Virus record (IMG/VR): IMGVR_UViG_3300027969_000100
Coordinates: 1 to 63,719 of that record
From: a virus
Taxonomy: Duplodnaviria; Caudoviricetes
Strand: one strand, 5' to 3'
Length of the DNA stretch: 63,719 bases
Made by a program: the position numbers and the translations under genes. The number at the start of each line of letters is the position of its first letter. The stretch's first letter is position 1. Below are positions 51,331-60,584 of the stretch, in pieces. The notes beneath the pieces are model-generated. The model saw only the letters and a list, made by a program, of their open reading frames with translations. It ran no database searches and was not told the DNA's origin.

Positions 51331-51588
51331 ATGAAAGCTATAGGAAAAAATATTGTAATCAAATCAATTGACGAGGAAGTAAAGACTTCTTCAGGATTAG
51401 TCCTATCTGGTGAGGACACCAACCAATTACGCTACAAGCGTGGAGTAGTAATCAACTCAGGGACAGAGGTAAGTTCAATCAAGCCAGGAGACAACGTGTA
51501 CTACGACAAGGCGAACAGCTATGTGATGATCATCAATGATGAGCACTGCGTAATTATTCAGGAACGTGACGTAGTTCTTGTCCTGTGA
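51331..51588 (+). CDS. groES: Co-chaperonin GroES (Cpn10)
   Basis: MKAIGKNIVI...KTSSGLVL...GVVINSG...IKPGDNVYY...IIQERDVV. Confidence 0.85.
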   Translation: MKAIGKNIVIKSIDEEVKTSSGLVLSGEDTNQLRYKRGVVINSGTEVSSIKPGDNVYYDKANSYVMIINDEHCVIIQERDVVLVL

Positions 51589-52030
51589 GTCTATTCTCCT
51601 TTAGTTCCTGATTCATAGTAATAATCATGTTCCTGTAGACTTTGTCCGAGAACCTTACGTTCTTCTTGAACATTGGGTTGTTGCACATTGTCTCAGGAAT
51701 CTCTTCCCCCTCTAACTTTTTGTAGATTGAGTTAATCATTCTCTTTGCTTTATAGGATAGTGAGTACAATGCCTTAGATCTCATGGCAGGTCTGCCCTTC
51801 TGTCTGCTAGAAAACAATTCAATCCATCCTTCTTTTATTAATCTGTAGAACCTTTCCCTGTTCCAGCTAAATATTTTTTCGTATTCTTTGAAGGTGGTGA
51901 TATTGAAGTACCGTTCTGAGTAGAGGTACAGCAGCATGTCTAGATCTGCTTGACTTAGATTGTGCCTTACCTTGAAGTATTCACGGATTACTTTCCAGAA
52001 TTTAAGGTAGTCTCTTTTATTTGATTTCAT
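51554..52030 (-). CDS. Putative winged-helix DNA-binding protein
   Basis: NLSQADLDMLLYLY...RLIKEGWIE...LYSLSYKA resembles a MarR-like wHTH. Confidence 0.45.
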   Translation of the reverse strand: MKSNKRDYLKFWKVIREYFKVRHNLSQADLDMLLYLYSERYFNITTFKEYEKIFSWNRERFYRLIKEGWIELFSSRQKGRPAMRSKALYSLSYKAKRMINSIYKKLEGEEIPETMCNNPMFKKNVRFSDKVYRNMIITMNQELKENRLTGQELRHVPE

Positions 52031-52080
52031 TTTTATTATTACATTTGTAAACAAAGGTACCACATTTAAACAACAAGAAC

Positions 52081-53092
52081 ATGCAACCTTGCACTCAAAA
52101 AGTTAAATCCGCAACCTCTTACAAACCAAAGAAAAAATGAAGGGAGATCAAATGATGGCCATGGGTATGCCCAAAGCCGCAGTTCTAAAAGGAGCCGTTA
52201 AAGGCGCAGCTAAAGGCGCAAAGAAGGCAGTAGTTAAGAAAGCCGTTAAAAAAGCAATGGCTAAAAAGAAGTATTAATGGCTGAGAAGTCTACAATGAAA
52301 TGTAACCGTGTCGTTGCTTCTGACAGACCCGGCAAGAAGAGAATGGTAAAGGCTTGTGCTAATGGACAAGAGAAGCTAATTCACTTTGGTGCCGAGGGTT
52401 ATGGTCATAACTATTCAGCAGCGGCACGGTCTTCATTTAAGGCTCGTCACAAATGCGATAGTGCTACAGATAAATTATCTGCTAAGTACTGGGCATGTAA
52501 GAACTTATGGGCAGGTCCTGGAGGATCTACCAAATCATCACCTAAGAGTAAGAGAGGGAAGTACTAATGAAACAAGTAATTAAGAAGGCGGCTAAGTTTG
52601 AATCTAAAAAATCTTTAGATGGTCCTATGAAATTTCTTAAAGGCAATGTAGGCAAAACTACAAAAGGATTCCCTGATACAAGTGGAGATGGGAAAATTAC
52701 TAAGAAAGACATATTGATTGCTAAGGGAGTTCTTACTAAGAAGAAAAAATAAGATGCCAAAGGACTCTTGCTACAAAAAGGTAAAGGCATCGTATGATGT
52801 GTTCCCTTCTGCTAGGGCATCCCAGGCTATTGCTAAGTGTCGTAAGGCATCTGGTTCAGTTCGAAAAACTGAATCAGGTACATCACTGAAAAGATGGGAG
52901 AAAGAGAAGTGGCAGGATACCAAGAGTGGTAAAGCGTGTGGTGCTGGTGGACGTAATGAGTACTGCCGACCAACATTGAGAGTATCAGAAAAAACACCAA
53001 AGACTAAGAGTGAAATAAGTCCAGCAAAACTTTCCGCTAAAAAATTAGAGAAGGCTAGAGTTGGTATGGGTAAAAGAATTTCCAAAGTTTAA
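52081..53092 (+). CDS. Operon of small, very basic proteins (52081-52140, 52137-52277, 52277-52567, 52567-52752, 52754-53092)
   Basis: Lys/Ala-rich ORFs mostly with stop/start overlaps; one has an EF-hand-like DTSGDGKITKKD. Confidence 0.65.
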
Positions 53093-53125
53093 CTATATTT
53101 GTTCATCATTAAAAAATCAAATCAA

Positions 53126-53527
53126 ATGGCACAGAAAGTAACAAAGACAAACGCTGAATTGCTAGAGCTAGTTAGAGCGTTAAACGTAACACCTACTGAG
53201 AAAGGTAGTAAGGCGGAGGCTAAGCTTAAGAAGATTGTAGACAAGATTAAGCCTCTATTTGAGCAGTACAATGAGAAGAGAGAAGACATTCGTCTAGACC
53301 ATGCTCATACTGAATCGAATGGTGTACTAGAGTTGAATGAGAAGGGTGAATACAAGTTCACCAAGGAAGGAATCAAGGCTATGTCCAAGGACATGAAGGC
53401 ATTACTTGATGAATCATTTGAGTTCTATCAGTTTACTTTCTCAAGTGAAGGTATTGAGGACTTTAAGTTCTTAGCAGGATGGGTTGAAAGTATTGAAGCC
53501 GAGCAATCTGCTGAAGAAGTTGAATAA
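53126..53527 (+). CDS. Hypothetical protein (possible tail fibre chaperone)
   Basis: Start MAQKVTK after TATATTTG; helical. Confidence 0.55.
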   Translation: MAQKVTKTNAELLELVRALNVTPTEKGSKAEAKLKKIVDKIKPLFEQYNEKREDIRLDHAHTESNGVLELNEKGEYKFTKEGIKAMSKDMKALLDESFEFYQFTFSSEGIEDFKFLAGWVESIEAEQSAEEVE

Positions 53528-53597
53528 ATTATTCATCTAAATCATAAAGAGCGGCATCAGTCTTAGTTGGTTGGTGCCATTCTTTCTTATAAAGACT

Positions 53598-53756
53598 ATG
53601 AAAAGCAAAGGACTAGGAGATACTATTGAAAAAGTAACTACAGCTACTGGAATTAAGAAGGTAGTTGAAACTGTTGCTAAGGCCGCAGGAAAAGATTGTG
53701 GCTGTGAAAAAAGAAAAGATGCACTAAACCGTGCATTCCCATATAAAGAAGATTAA
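53598..53756 (+). CDS. Small conserved phage protein
   Basis: MKSKGLGDTIEK...DCGCEKRKDALN. Confidence 0.65.
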   Translation: MKSKGLGDTIEKVTTATGIKKVVETVAKAAGKDCGCEKRKDALNRAFPYKED

Positions 53757-53767
53757 TTAATAAGATC

Positions 53768-54025
53768 ATGGCATATCAGAAATTACAACAATCAAGAGCG
53801 GCAGTAGTAACGAAGAGCGATACTGTTGACATTCCAAATCCAGGAAATGGAGAGGTAACAGGATGTATATTGTACGTAGGTACCGGAGGAATCCTTCGGG
53901 TGCTAACAGCAGGGGGAGATGACATTACATTCCAGAATGTACCAAATGCATTTGTTACTAGCTTTCAAGTAGTTAGAGTATTCAACACTACTACAACAGC
54001 CACCAACATTGTAGCTCTCTGGTAA
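53768..54025 (+). CDS. Small beta-rich putative virion protein
   Basis: LYVGTGG...TFQNVP...VVRVFNTTTTATNIVAL. Confidence 0.55.
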   Translation: MAYQKLQQSRAAVVTKSDTVDIPNPGNGEVTGCILYVGTGGILRVLTAGGDDITFQNVPNAFVTSFQVVRVFNTTTTATNIVALW

Positions 54026-54310
54026 ATGAATACTCACGAGAATAGTAGGCTTGATTATATGGCAGCTGAATTGGATGCGTTAAAGAATGACGTGGCTGAA
54101 GTGAAAGCTATCGTAAAGGATATGCACACTTTGCTCTCAGGTAATCCCATTGACAAGGACTCTAATGGAATGATTGGAGACTTAAGGACAATGAAGAAAG
54201 AAGTTTACGAATTGAAGTCTGAATTAAAGAAATACAAGAATTATTTTTATGCACTTGTCACACTTGTTGGGTTGGGGGCATTAAAAGTTATTGTTGAAAT
54301 ATTAAAGTAG
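54026..54310 (+). CDS. Coiled-coil protein with C-terminal TM (holin/XhlA-like candidate)
   Basis: Heptad N-terminus plus hydrophobic YFYALVTLVGLGALKVIVEIL. Confidence 0.5.
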   Translation: MNTHENSRLDYMAAELDALKNDVAEVKAIVKDMHTLLSGNPIDKDSNGMIGDLRTMKKEVYELKSELKKYKNYFYALVTLVGLGALKVIVEILK

Positions 54311-54311
54311 A

Positions 54312-54434
54312 ATGGCAAAGGCAGTCGCAAGTGTAAGGAAAATTAGCTTTGGTAAAAAGAGAACAGGTGTAGCTAAAAAGTCATACGGTAAGTATAATGA
54401 GAAGCCTAAAAAATATCGAGGACAAGGTAGATGA
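54312..54434 (+). CDS. 40-aa basic peptide ending KKYRGQGR
   Basis: Translated from the sequence; its TGA overlaps the ATG of the next gene. Confidence 0.65.
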   Translation: MAKAVASVRKISFGKKRTGVAKKSYGKYNEKPKKYRGQGR

Positions 54435-54655
54435 AAAAATTATTTGATTGGTTAAAAGGCTTCTTGTCTGAAAATGGAGAAGCATCTTCTAAAAGATTTG
54501 TTGGAGTATTTGCTGCAATAGCTTTGTGCTATACGCTTTATGCCAACCATGATTCGGCTAACGAACCATCAGAAGCTTTAGTTTATTCGGTTGCTGCTTT
54601 ATCTGCTGCTGCTTTAGGTATTACGGCAGCTGAGAAGATATTCAAGAAGGAATGA
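54431..54655 (+). CDS. Putative holin (2 TM)
   Basis: 74 aa, SSKRF followed by two hydrophobic helices and a charged C-terminus; upstream of the endolysin. Confidence 0.6.
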   Translation: MKKLFDWLKGFLSENGEASSKRFVGVFAAIALCYTLYANHDSANEPSEALVYSVAALSAAALGITAAEKIFKKE

Positions 54656-55404
54656 AGAACTTAAGCAAGGAGGAACTACTAAGTCGAATGGAGGCAATTA
54701 ATCGTAGCAATGCGATTATTTACTTTGACTTAAATGGTTTTATCCTTGGAGTAAACGCTATCTTCTTAGAGGCTATGGGCTTTGCTGAAGATGAGCATGA
54801 TAAGCTGATTGGAAAGCACCATTCGATTTTTGTCAGCTACGAATATTCTAAGTCTGAAGACTATACAAAATTCTGGGAAATGCTTCGGGCTGGAAAATTT
54901 TACGAAGGTGAATTTGAAAGAAGAAAGATAGATGGTAGACCTATTTATTTGCAGGCTACATACAATCCTATCTTTGACGAAAGCGGTACTATCACTAAGA
55001 TAATGAAGATAGCTACCGACATTAGCCAAACTATTGTAAGTAAAAATAAGATTGGCGAACTATCTAAAAGTTTGCAGGCTGAGTTAGAAAACTCAAATAA
55101 GTTAAGGGCAGCAATTGAGATTGAAAAGGATGCAGCTGTTAATGACTTAGATGCTACCATTAAGAAAAGTCAAAACGAGCTCATTAAAGTAATTGTAAAG
55201 TCTGCCTTGTTCGTAATTATGAGTGTTGGATTTATTACAACGATAATGTACTCGTTTGCTATTCTATCGGATAAGGATACGCAAATCATTGGATCTACTT
55301 GGTCAAATATGTTTTCGGTTTTATTGACGAATGCCTTCTCTATTGTCGGCACAATCATGGGAATTAAGTACGCAACTTCAGAAGATAAAAAAAATAAGGA
55401 ATGA
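54652..55404 (+). CDS. PAS/PAC domain-coiled coil-2TM membrane protein
   Basis: AINRSNAIIYFDLNG...GKHHSIFV...FWEMLRAG...GEFERRK...YLQATYNPIFDESG...KIATDIS matches chemoreceptor-type PAS; two C-terminal hydrophobic helices. Confidence 0.85.
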   Translation: MKNLSKEELLSRMEAINRSNAIIYFDLNGFILGVNAIFLEAMGFAEDEHDKLIGKHHSIFVSYEYSKSEDYTKFWEMLRAGKFYEGEFERRKIDGRPIYLQATYNPIFDESGTITKIMKIATDISQTIVSKNKIGELSKSLQAELENSNKLRAAIEIEKDAAVNDLDATIKKSQNELIKVIVKSALFVIMSVGFITTIMYSFAILSDKDTQIIGSTWSNMFSVLLTNAFSIVGTIMGIKYATSEDKKNKE

Positions 55405-55862
55405 AAATTAGCACTCACCTAAGTATTGCCGAGATTACTAGAAGTGATTCTGCAAAACGTCACGGAATTGACAACACTCCTACTGCCGAGCATTTGGAGA
55501 ACTTTAAGTTACTAGCTGAGAAAGTATTCGAGCCCATTCGTGAACACTTCGGAGTTCCTATTTTTATTAGCTCTGGGTACAGAAGCAAGGCTCTCAATGA
55601 TTTCATTAAGGGGAGTTTATCCAGTCAGCATTGCAAGGGCGAAGCGATTGATATCGATATGGATGGGGGGAATGGAGAGGTAACTAATAGAATGGTATTT
55701 GATTTCATAAAAAATAAGTTAGACTTTGATCAGTTGATTTGGGAGTTTGGAACTGACTTTAACCCGGATTGGGTACACGTATCATACACTAAAGGCAAGA
55801 ACAGAAAGCAAAAGTTAAAAGCTGTGCGTACGAATGGTAAGACTTCTTACCTTAATCTTTAG
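55401..55862 (+). CDS. Endolysin, peptidase M15A family
   Basis: ISSGYRS...SQHCKGEAIDID...FDQLIWEF...WVHVSY. Confidence 0.9.
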   Translation: MKISTHLSIAEITRSDSAKRHGIDNTPTAEHLENFKLLAEKVFEPIREHFGVPIFISSGYRSKALNDFIKGSLSSQHCKGEAIDIDMDGGNGEVTNRMVFDFIKNKLDFDQLIWEFGTDFNPDWVHVSYTKGKNRKQKLKAVRTNGKTSYLNL

Positions 55863-55889
55863 TATATTTGTTCAATTACTTAATAGCAA

Positions 55890-58800
55890 ATGGCAAAGAT
55901 AAGTACATACCCCATTCTTTCTACCCCTACCCTCAATGACCTGCTCATAGGTACAGATGTAGAAAACCTAAATATCACCAAAAACTTTTCTATTGGAGAT
56001 ATCGCCAGCTTTATTGTTGGCGGTAGTTATGTTCCATACGTTGGTGCAACTGGCAACGTAAACTTAGGGGCTTTTAATATCACCTCCTCTTCATTTATTG
56101 TTGGTGGAGGATTAGCCACTCAGTTTTTAAAGGCTAATGGTACGCTTGACTCAACAGTCTATCAGCCTGCTGGCAACTATATCACTCAGCTTTCAGGAGA
56201 GGCAACTGCTTCAGGGCCAGGTAATGCAACTGTTACACTTAGCAATTCCGCTGTAATAAATAAAGTATTAACAGGTCTTACTATTACAGGTAATGCAATT
56301 GTTGCAACTGACAGCATACTTACTGCATTTGGTAAAGTACAAAATCAAATCAATACGCTTGTTGGCGGTGTTCAGTACAAAGGTACGTGGAACGCAGCGA
56401 CTAATGTACCAGCTTTAGTAAGCTCTGTAGGTATTTCAGGTAACTATTATGTAGTAAGTGTAGCAGGCAATACAAATCTTAATGGGATTACCGATTGGAA
56501 TCTTGGTGATTGGGCCATCTTTAACGGTTCAGCTTGGGAGAAGGTTGATAATACTGATGCGGTCATAAGTGTCAATGGTCAGGTTGGGGCTGTTGTGCTT
56601 ACAACAACTAATATTAGTGAGGGCACTAATCTGTACTTTACTAATTCACGTGCTAGGACTGCAATAAATTTAACAACCACTGGTAACAGTGGAGCAGCTA
56701 CGTATAACAACACAAATGGGTTCTTTAATATCCCTGAGTATACTTTATCAGGTCTTGGCGGAGTTCCTTTAACAAGACAGCTAACTATTAATGGTACAGC
56801 ATTTGACTTATCAGCAAATAGAAGTTGGAGTGTGGGTACAGTTACGTCAATTGCCACAACTGGACCGCTTACAGGGGGTACAATTACTGGTTCTGGCACA
56901 ATTGGAATTACGCAGGCAGGAGCAAGCTCAGATGGATACTTGTCTAGTACTGACTGGAATACATTCAACAATAAGCAGAACGCATTAACTAATCCTATAA
57001 CAGGGACTGGTACGATTTTTACTTTGCCCATGTGGGGTGGTGCTACATCTTTGATCGATAGCCCACTATCCTATGGCTCAAATAACTTTAATTTTCAATA
57101 TAATAGCGCAACCGGTGGTACGGTAACTTTTACGAATAGTGGATTGACTGCTTACGCATACACTATACAGATGAACAACTTCGGTTCTCCGAGGTCAACT
57201 GTTCATAGCTATACTGATGGGGTTGTCATTCAATCTATAGCCGGCACTCAGGTATCTAGACTATTTGCTAATGGAAACTTGATTCTAGGAACAGGGACTG
57301 CTGACAATGGACACAAGCTTGAGATAATTGGGAGCCTGTATGTAAATACAATTACCAATGCAACCGTTGATACTGACAGATTTATTGTAAGTGATGGAGG
57401 GGTTATTAAGTATAGGACAGGCACTGAATTACGCTCAGATATTGGCGCAGGCATAGGTTCTGTTACAAGTGTAGGACTTAGTATGCCTTCAGCATTTAGT
57501 GTCGCTAACAGTCCTATAACAGGCGCAGGAACTATTGCTGTAACAGGCGCAGGTAGTGCCTCTCAGTATGTTAGAGGAGATGGCACATTGGCTGACTTTC
57601 CTACAAATACAGGAGGAGGCTCATCAGTTAGTTACTACCTAAACGGATCTGTTAGTCAGGGGACTATTGGTGGTGTTGCTTACAGAGAGCTAAGCAAGAT
57701 TCCTATTTTTGGAGCAGGCACAGATATAAGTATTGCTGCTGATGGGTACATTGCTTCTTTTATTACTGATGCTGGTGACCCTGCGTTGCTTAATATCCCA
57801 GCTGGAAACTGGAACTTTGAAACTTATTTTAGTGCTTCAAGTGGTGGAGGCACCCCTTCATTTTATGTGGAGCTGTACAGATATGATGGAGCTATATTTA
57901 CTCTTATTGCATCAAGCGTTGGTACTCCTGAGTTAATTTCTTTTGGAACAAATATACAGCCATACTTTTCTACTCTTGCTGTTCCTCAAACTGCTTTAGC
58001 ATTAACAGATAGACTTGCTATTCGATACTATGTTATTCATGATGGCCGTACAATTACTCTTCATACAGAAGATAATCACTTGTGTCAAGTTGTTACTACG
58101 TTCTCTAATGGATTAACGGCATTGAATGGATTGACCGCACAGGTTCAATACTTTCAGGTAGGTACTTCAGGAACGGACTTTGCTATCTCAAGTGCAACTA
58201 ATATTCATACCTTCAATATCCCTACTGCTTCAGCTACAAATCGAGGGGCTTTGAGTAGTGCTGATTGGACAACTTTTAACAATAAACAGAATGCTTTAAC
58301 AAACCCAATCACGGGCACAGGTGTATCAGGACAAGTAGCTTATTGGAATGGGACTAATTCGCAAACGGGAAGCAATAACCTATTTTGGGATAATACAAAT
58401 ATAAAACTTGGAATAGGTACAAACACACCTGAAGGAACAGGTTTGACAGTTGCAGGTGGAGGGGTTTTAATTAGCCTTGATTCGGGTGCTGCTAGAAAAG
58501 TATTAGAACTTTATGCTACAAGTACGGGGGCAAAAGTATCTTCTACTTATGTCGGTGCTTCATCTTATGGTAGTTTAGAATTATTAACTTCAAATGTGCC
58601 AAGGCTTACAATAGCGGACACGGGCGGTGTAACTTTGACAGGTGCTTTGAACGGGACTAGTGCTAGTTTTAGTGGATTGCTAACTGCAATCCCAACAGCA
58701 ACAACTTTGGTAAGAGCAGCTACTTTTGGCAATACTTCAACAAATGCTTTATCTGCTGCATCTATTGGTTTTAATTTAGGTGGTGGTGATTTTGGTGCAA

Positions 58801-60404
58801 TAGAGGTAGGTTACAATAGCAATAGTCCATATATGGATTTAAAAGTAGGTGCTTCATTGACTCAATCATTAAGACTAGCCTCCACAGGCGCAGCTACCTT
58901 TTCAAGCAGCGTGAACCTAGGAACAAATGCAAATGGAGCGGATACGGCTTTACTAAATATCAAGCAGGCAGGGACATCCTACAATAATGGTATCTACATA
59001 GAAAGAGGCGGTGAGAGAAACGGCTACCATATGTATATCGGTGGTGCATTGGATTCGCTTACTTTTAGAAGGAACTACTTTGGCACTCAATCTGATGTAA
59101 TGTCCTTAACTAGAGACGGCAACGTAGGCATCGGCACGGCTAGTCCAGATGTGACAGGTTTTGGGTGGAGAACATTAACTATAAAAGGAGGCAATAATTC
59201 AGGTGATGCAGGTGTTTTAGAATTACAAAGCCCCACAACAACAGGTGCAGCTAATCTTGGTATAATTGCATTTTTAGATGGTTCAAATAGAAATGCTCAA
59301 ATAGCAGGACAAAGAGATGGAGCTACTAATAGTGGTGCATTAAGTTTTACAACTTGGAATGCAGGAACAGGCAGCGAACGAATGCGCATCACTTCCGCAG
59401 GAAACATAGGCATCGGCACGACTAGTCCTCAAGCAAAACTTGAAGTAAAACAAACTGCTAGTGAAATACCTTTTATAATTGATTCAAGTAGTGATTCAAA
59501 TGCAGCCTATACACTATACCAAGTTAATGGAAGCGGAGGTTGGGAAACGGGAATGTCTAATGCAGCGGATGGTTATAAATACCTTTTTTCCTATGGTGCT
59601 TTTGGAACTGCAAACTCAAAGGTAGCAATCACAAACACAGGCAACGTAGGCATCGGCACGGCTAGTCCTTCGGGTTCTTATTCTTTAACATTAGCAGGGA
59701 ATGCTAGTTCAACTACAGGAGGAATAAATTTAAGACAAAATACAACAGATACCTTATATATTGGAAATCCCTCTGTTGCTAATACTACTGATATTGAAAT
59801 TTGGAATCCTAGAGATGGATATTTAAGATTTGCTACCAACAACACCGAACGAATGCGCATCACTTCGGGGGGGGATGTTGTTACATTTGGAGCATTTAGG
59901 GCTTACAATACTTTTTTTGGTATTAGTAATTCAACAGGTTCAACACCTTATGGATTTTTTGGTAGAAGAGGATCAGCTACAGGTAGTGGTAATGACATGA
60001 CAATATTTGCCGAATCAGGTCTTGGAATTTATACTTATACAAATGGTGGTGTTTCACCAGCAGGACCTTTTGTAGCATCAGGAGGAACTTCTTGGACAAA
60101 TGGTTCATCAGATATTAGAAAGAAAAAGAATTTTGAAACAACTCAGGGATTGGCTGAAATTTTACAAATTGAACCTATCAAATATCATTTTAATGAAGAT
60201 GAAGATGATTCTAAAAAAAGGTTAGGATTTAAAGCACAAAATTTATTAGATATAATCCCTGAGATGGTATCTGAAACAGGTGAATTAGCTGAAGATGGAA
60301 CTAGCTATTTAACTATAACCCCTGATTATATTTTGCCTATATTAGTCAAAGCAATACAAGAACTTAAAACAGAAATAGATTCACTTAAAAACCAAATCAA
60401 ATGA
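55890..60404 (+). CDS. Modular tail fibre, here with C-terminus variant B (peptidase S74-like chaperone)
   Basis: Gly/Thr-rich; repeated LSSxDWxTFNNKQNALTNPITGTG, GNVGIGT and ERMRITS; SSDIRKKKN...GFKAQ...LVKAIQEL. Confidence 0.88.
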   Translation: MAKISTYPILSTPTLNDLLIGTDVENLNITKNFSIGDIASFIVGGSYVPYVGATGNVNLGAFNITSSSFIVGGGLATQFLKANGTLDSTVYQPAGNYITQLSGEATASGPGNATVTLSNSAVINKVLTGLTITGNAIVATDSILTAFGKVQNQINTLVGGVQYKGTWNAATNVPALVSSVGISGNYYVVSVAGNTNLNGITDWNLGDWAIFNGSAWEKVDNTDAVISVNGQVGAVVLTTTNISEGTNLYFTNSRARTAINLTTTGNSGAATYNNTNGFFNIPEYTLSGLGGVPLTRQLTINGTAFDLSANRSWSVGTVTSIATTGPLTGGTITGSGTIGITQAGASSDGYLSSTDWNTFNNKQNALTNPITGTGTIFTLPMWGGATSLIDSPLSYGSNNFNFQYNSATGGTVTFTNSGLTAYAYTIQMNNFGSPRSTVHSYTDGVVIQSIAGTQVSRLFANGNLILGTGTADNGHKLEIIGSLYVNTITNATVDTDRFIVSDGGVIKYRTGTELRSDIGAGIGSVTSVGLSMPSAFSVANSPITGAGTIAVTGAGSASQYVRGDGTLADFPTNTGGGSSVSYYLNGSVSQGTIGGVAYRELSKIPIFGAGTDISIAADGYIASFITDAGDPALLNIPAGNWNFETYFSASSGGGTPSFYVELYRYDGAIFTLIASSVGTPELISFGTNIQPYFSTLAVPQTALALTDRLAIRYYVIHDGRTITLHTEDNHLCQVVTTFSNGLTALNGLTAQVQYFQVGTSGTDFAISSATNIHTFNIPTASATNRGALSSADWTTFNNKQNALTNPITGTGVSGQVAYWNGTNSQTGSNNLFWDNTNIKLGIGTNTPEGTGLTVAGGGVLISLDSGAARKVLELYATSTGAKVSSTYVGASSYGSLELLTSNVPRLTIADTGGVTLTGALNGTSASFSGLLTAIPTATTLVRAATFGNTSTNALSAASIGFNLGGGDFGAIEVGYNSNSPYMDLKVGASLTQSLRLASTGAATFSSSVNLGTNANGADTALLNIKQAGTSYNNGIYIERGGERNGYHMYIGGALDSLTFRRNYFGTQSDVMSLTRDGNVGIGTASPDVTGFGWRTLTIKGGNNSGDAGVLELQSPTTTGAANLGIIAFLDGSNRNAQIAGQRDGATNSGALSFTTWNAGTGSERMRITSAGNIGIGTTSPQAKLEVKQTASEIPFIIDSSSDSNAAYTLYQVNGSGGWETGMSNAADGYKYLFSYGAFGTANSKVAITNTGNVGIGTASPSGSYSLTLAGNASSTTGGINLRQNTTDTLYIGNPSVANTTDIEIWNPRDGYLRFATNNTERMRITSGGDVVTFGAFRAYNTFFGISNSTGSTPYGFFGRRGSATGSGNDMTIFAESGLGIYTYTNGGVSPAGPFVASGGTSWTNGSSDIRKKKNFETTQGLAEILQIEPIKYHFNEDEDDSKKRLGFKAQNLLDIIPEMVSETGELAEDGTSYLTITPDYILPILVKAIQELKTEIDSLKNQIK
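59742..59868. repeat. 127-bp exact direct repeat, copy 2
   Basis: Identical to 1-127. Confidence 0.97.
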
Positions 60405-60541
60405 AAATTACCCTAACAGAAGACCAAATCAAAATGCTTGAAGCATGGGCACAAGAACTGCCTACCAAGTACGGGATGTCCTTTATCCAATTCCTAGCCC
60501 AACAGGTTCAGGAGCAGAACCCGAAGGAAGAAACAGAATAA
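60401..60541 (+). CDS. 46-aa protein downstream of the tail fibre
   Basis: ATGA overlap with the fibre stop; a homologous remnant lies at 1093-1161. Confidence 0.65.
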   Translation: MKITLTEDQIKMLEAWAQELPTKYGMSFIQFLAQQVQEQNPKEETE

Positions 60542-60584
60542 CAAATGGGGAATCAAATCGATTCCCCTAACCTTTAAAATACCT

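Noticed and set aside
1-59741. Stop-codon reassignment as in some crAss-like phages
   Set aside because: Genes are full length under the standard code and all three stop codons are used.
1-59741. Prophage or temperate lifestyle
   Set aside because: No integrase, repressor pair or host genes were recognised.
59118-60404. Shufflon or diversity-generating retroelement acting on the tail fibre
   Set aside because: Repeats are direct, there are no inverted silent cassettes, no recombinase or reverse transcriptase ORF was seen, and there is no adenine-specific TR/VR pair.
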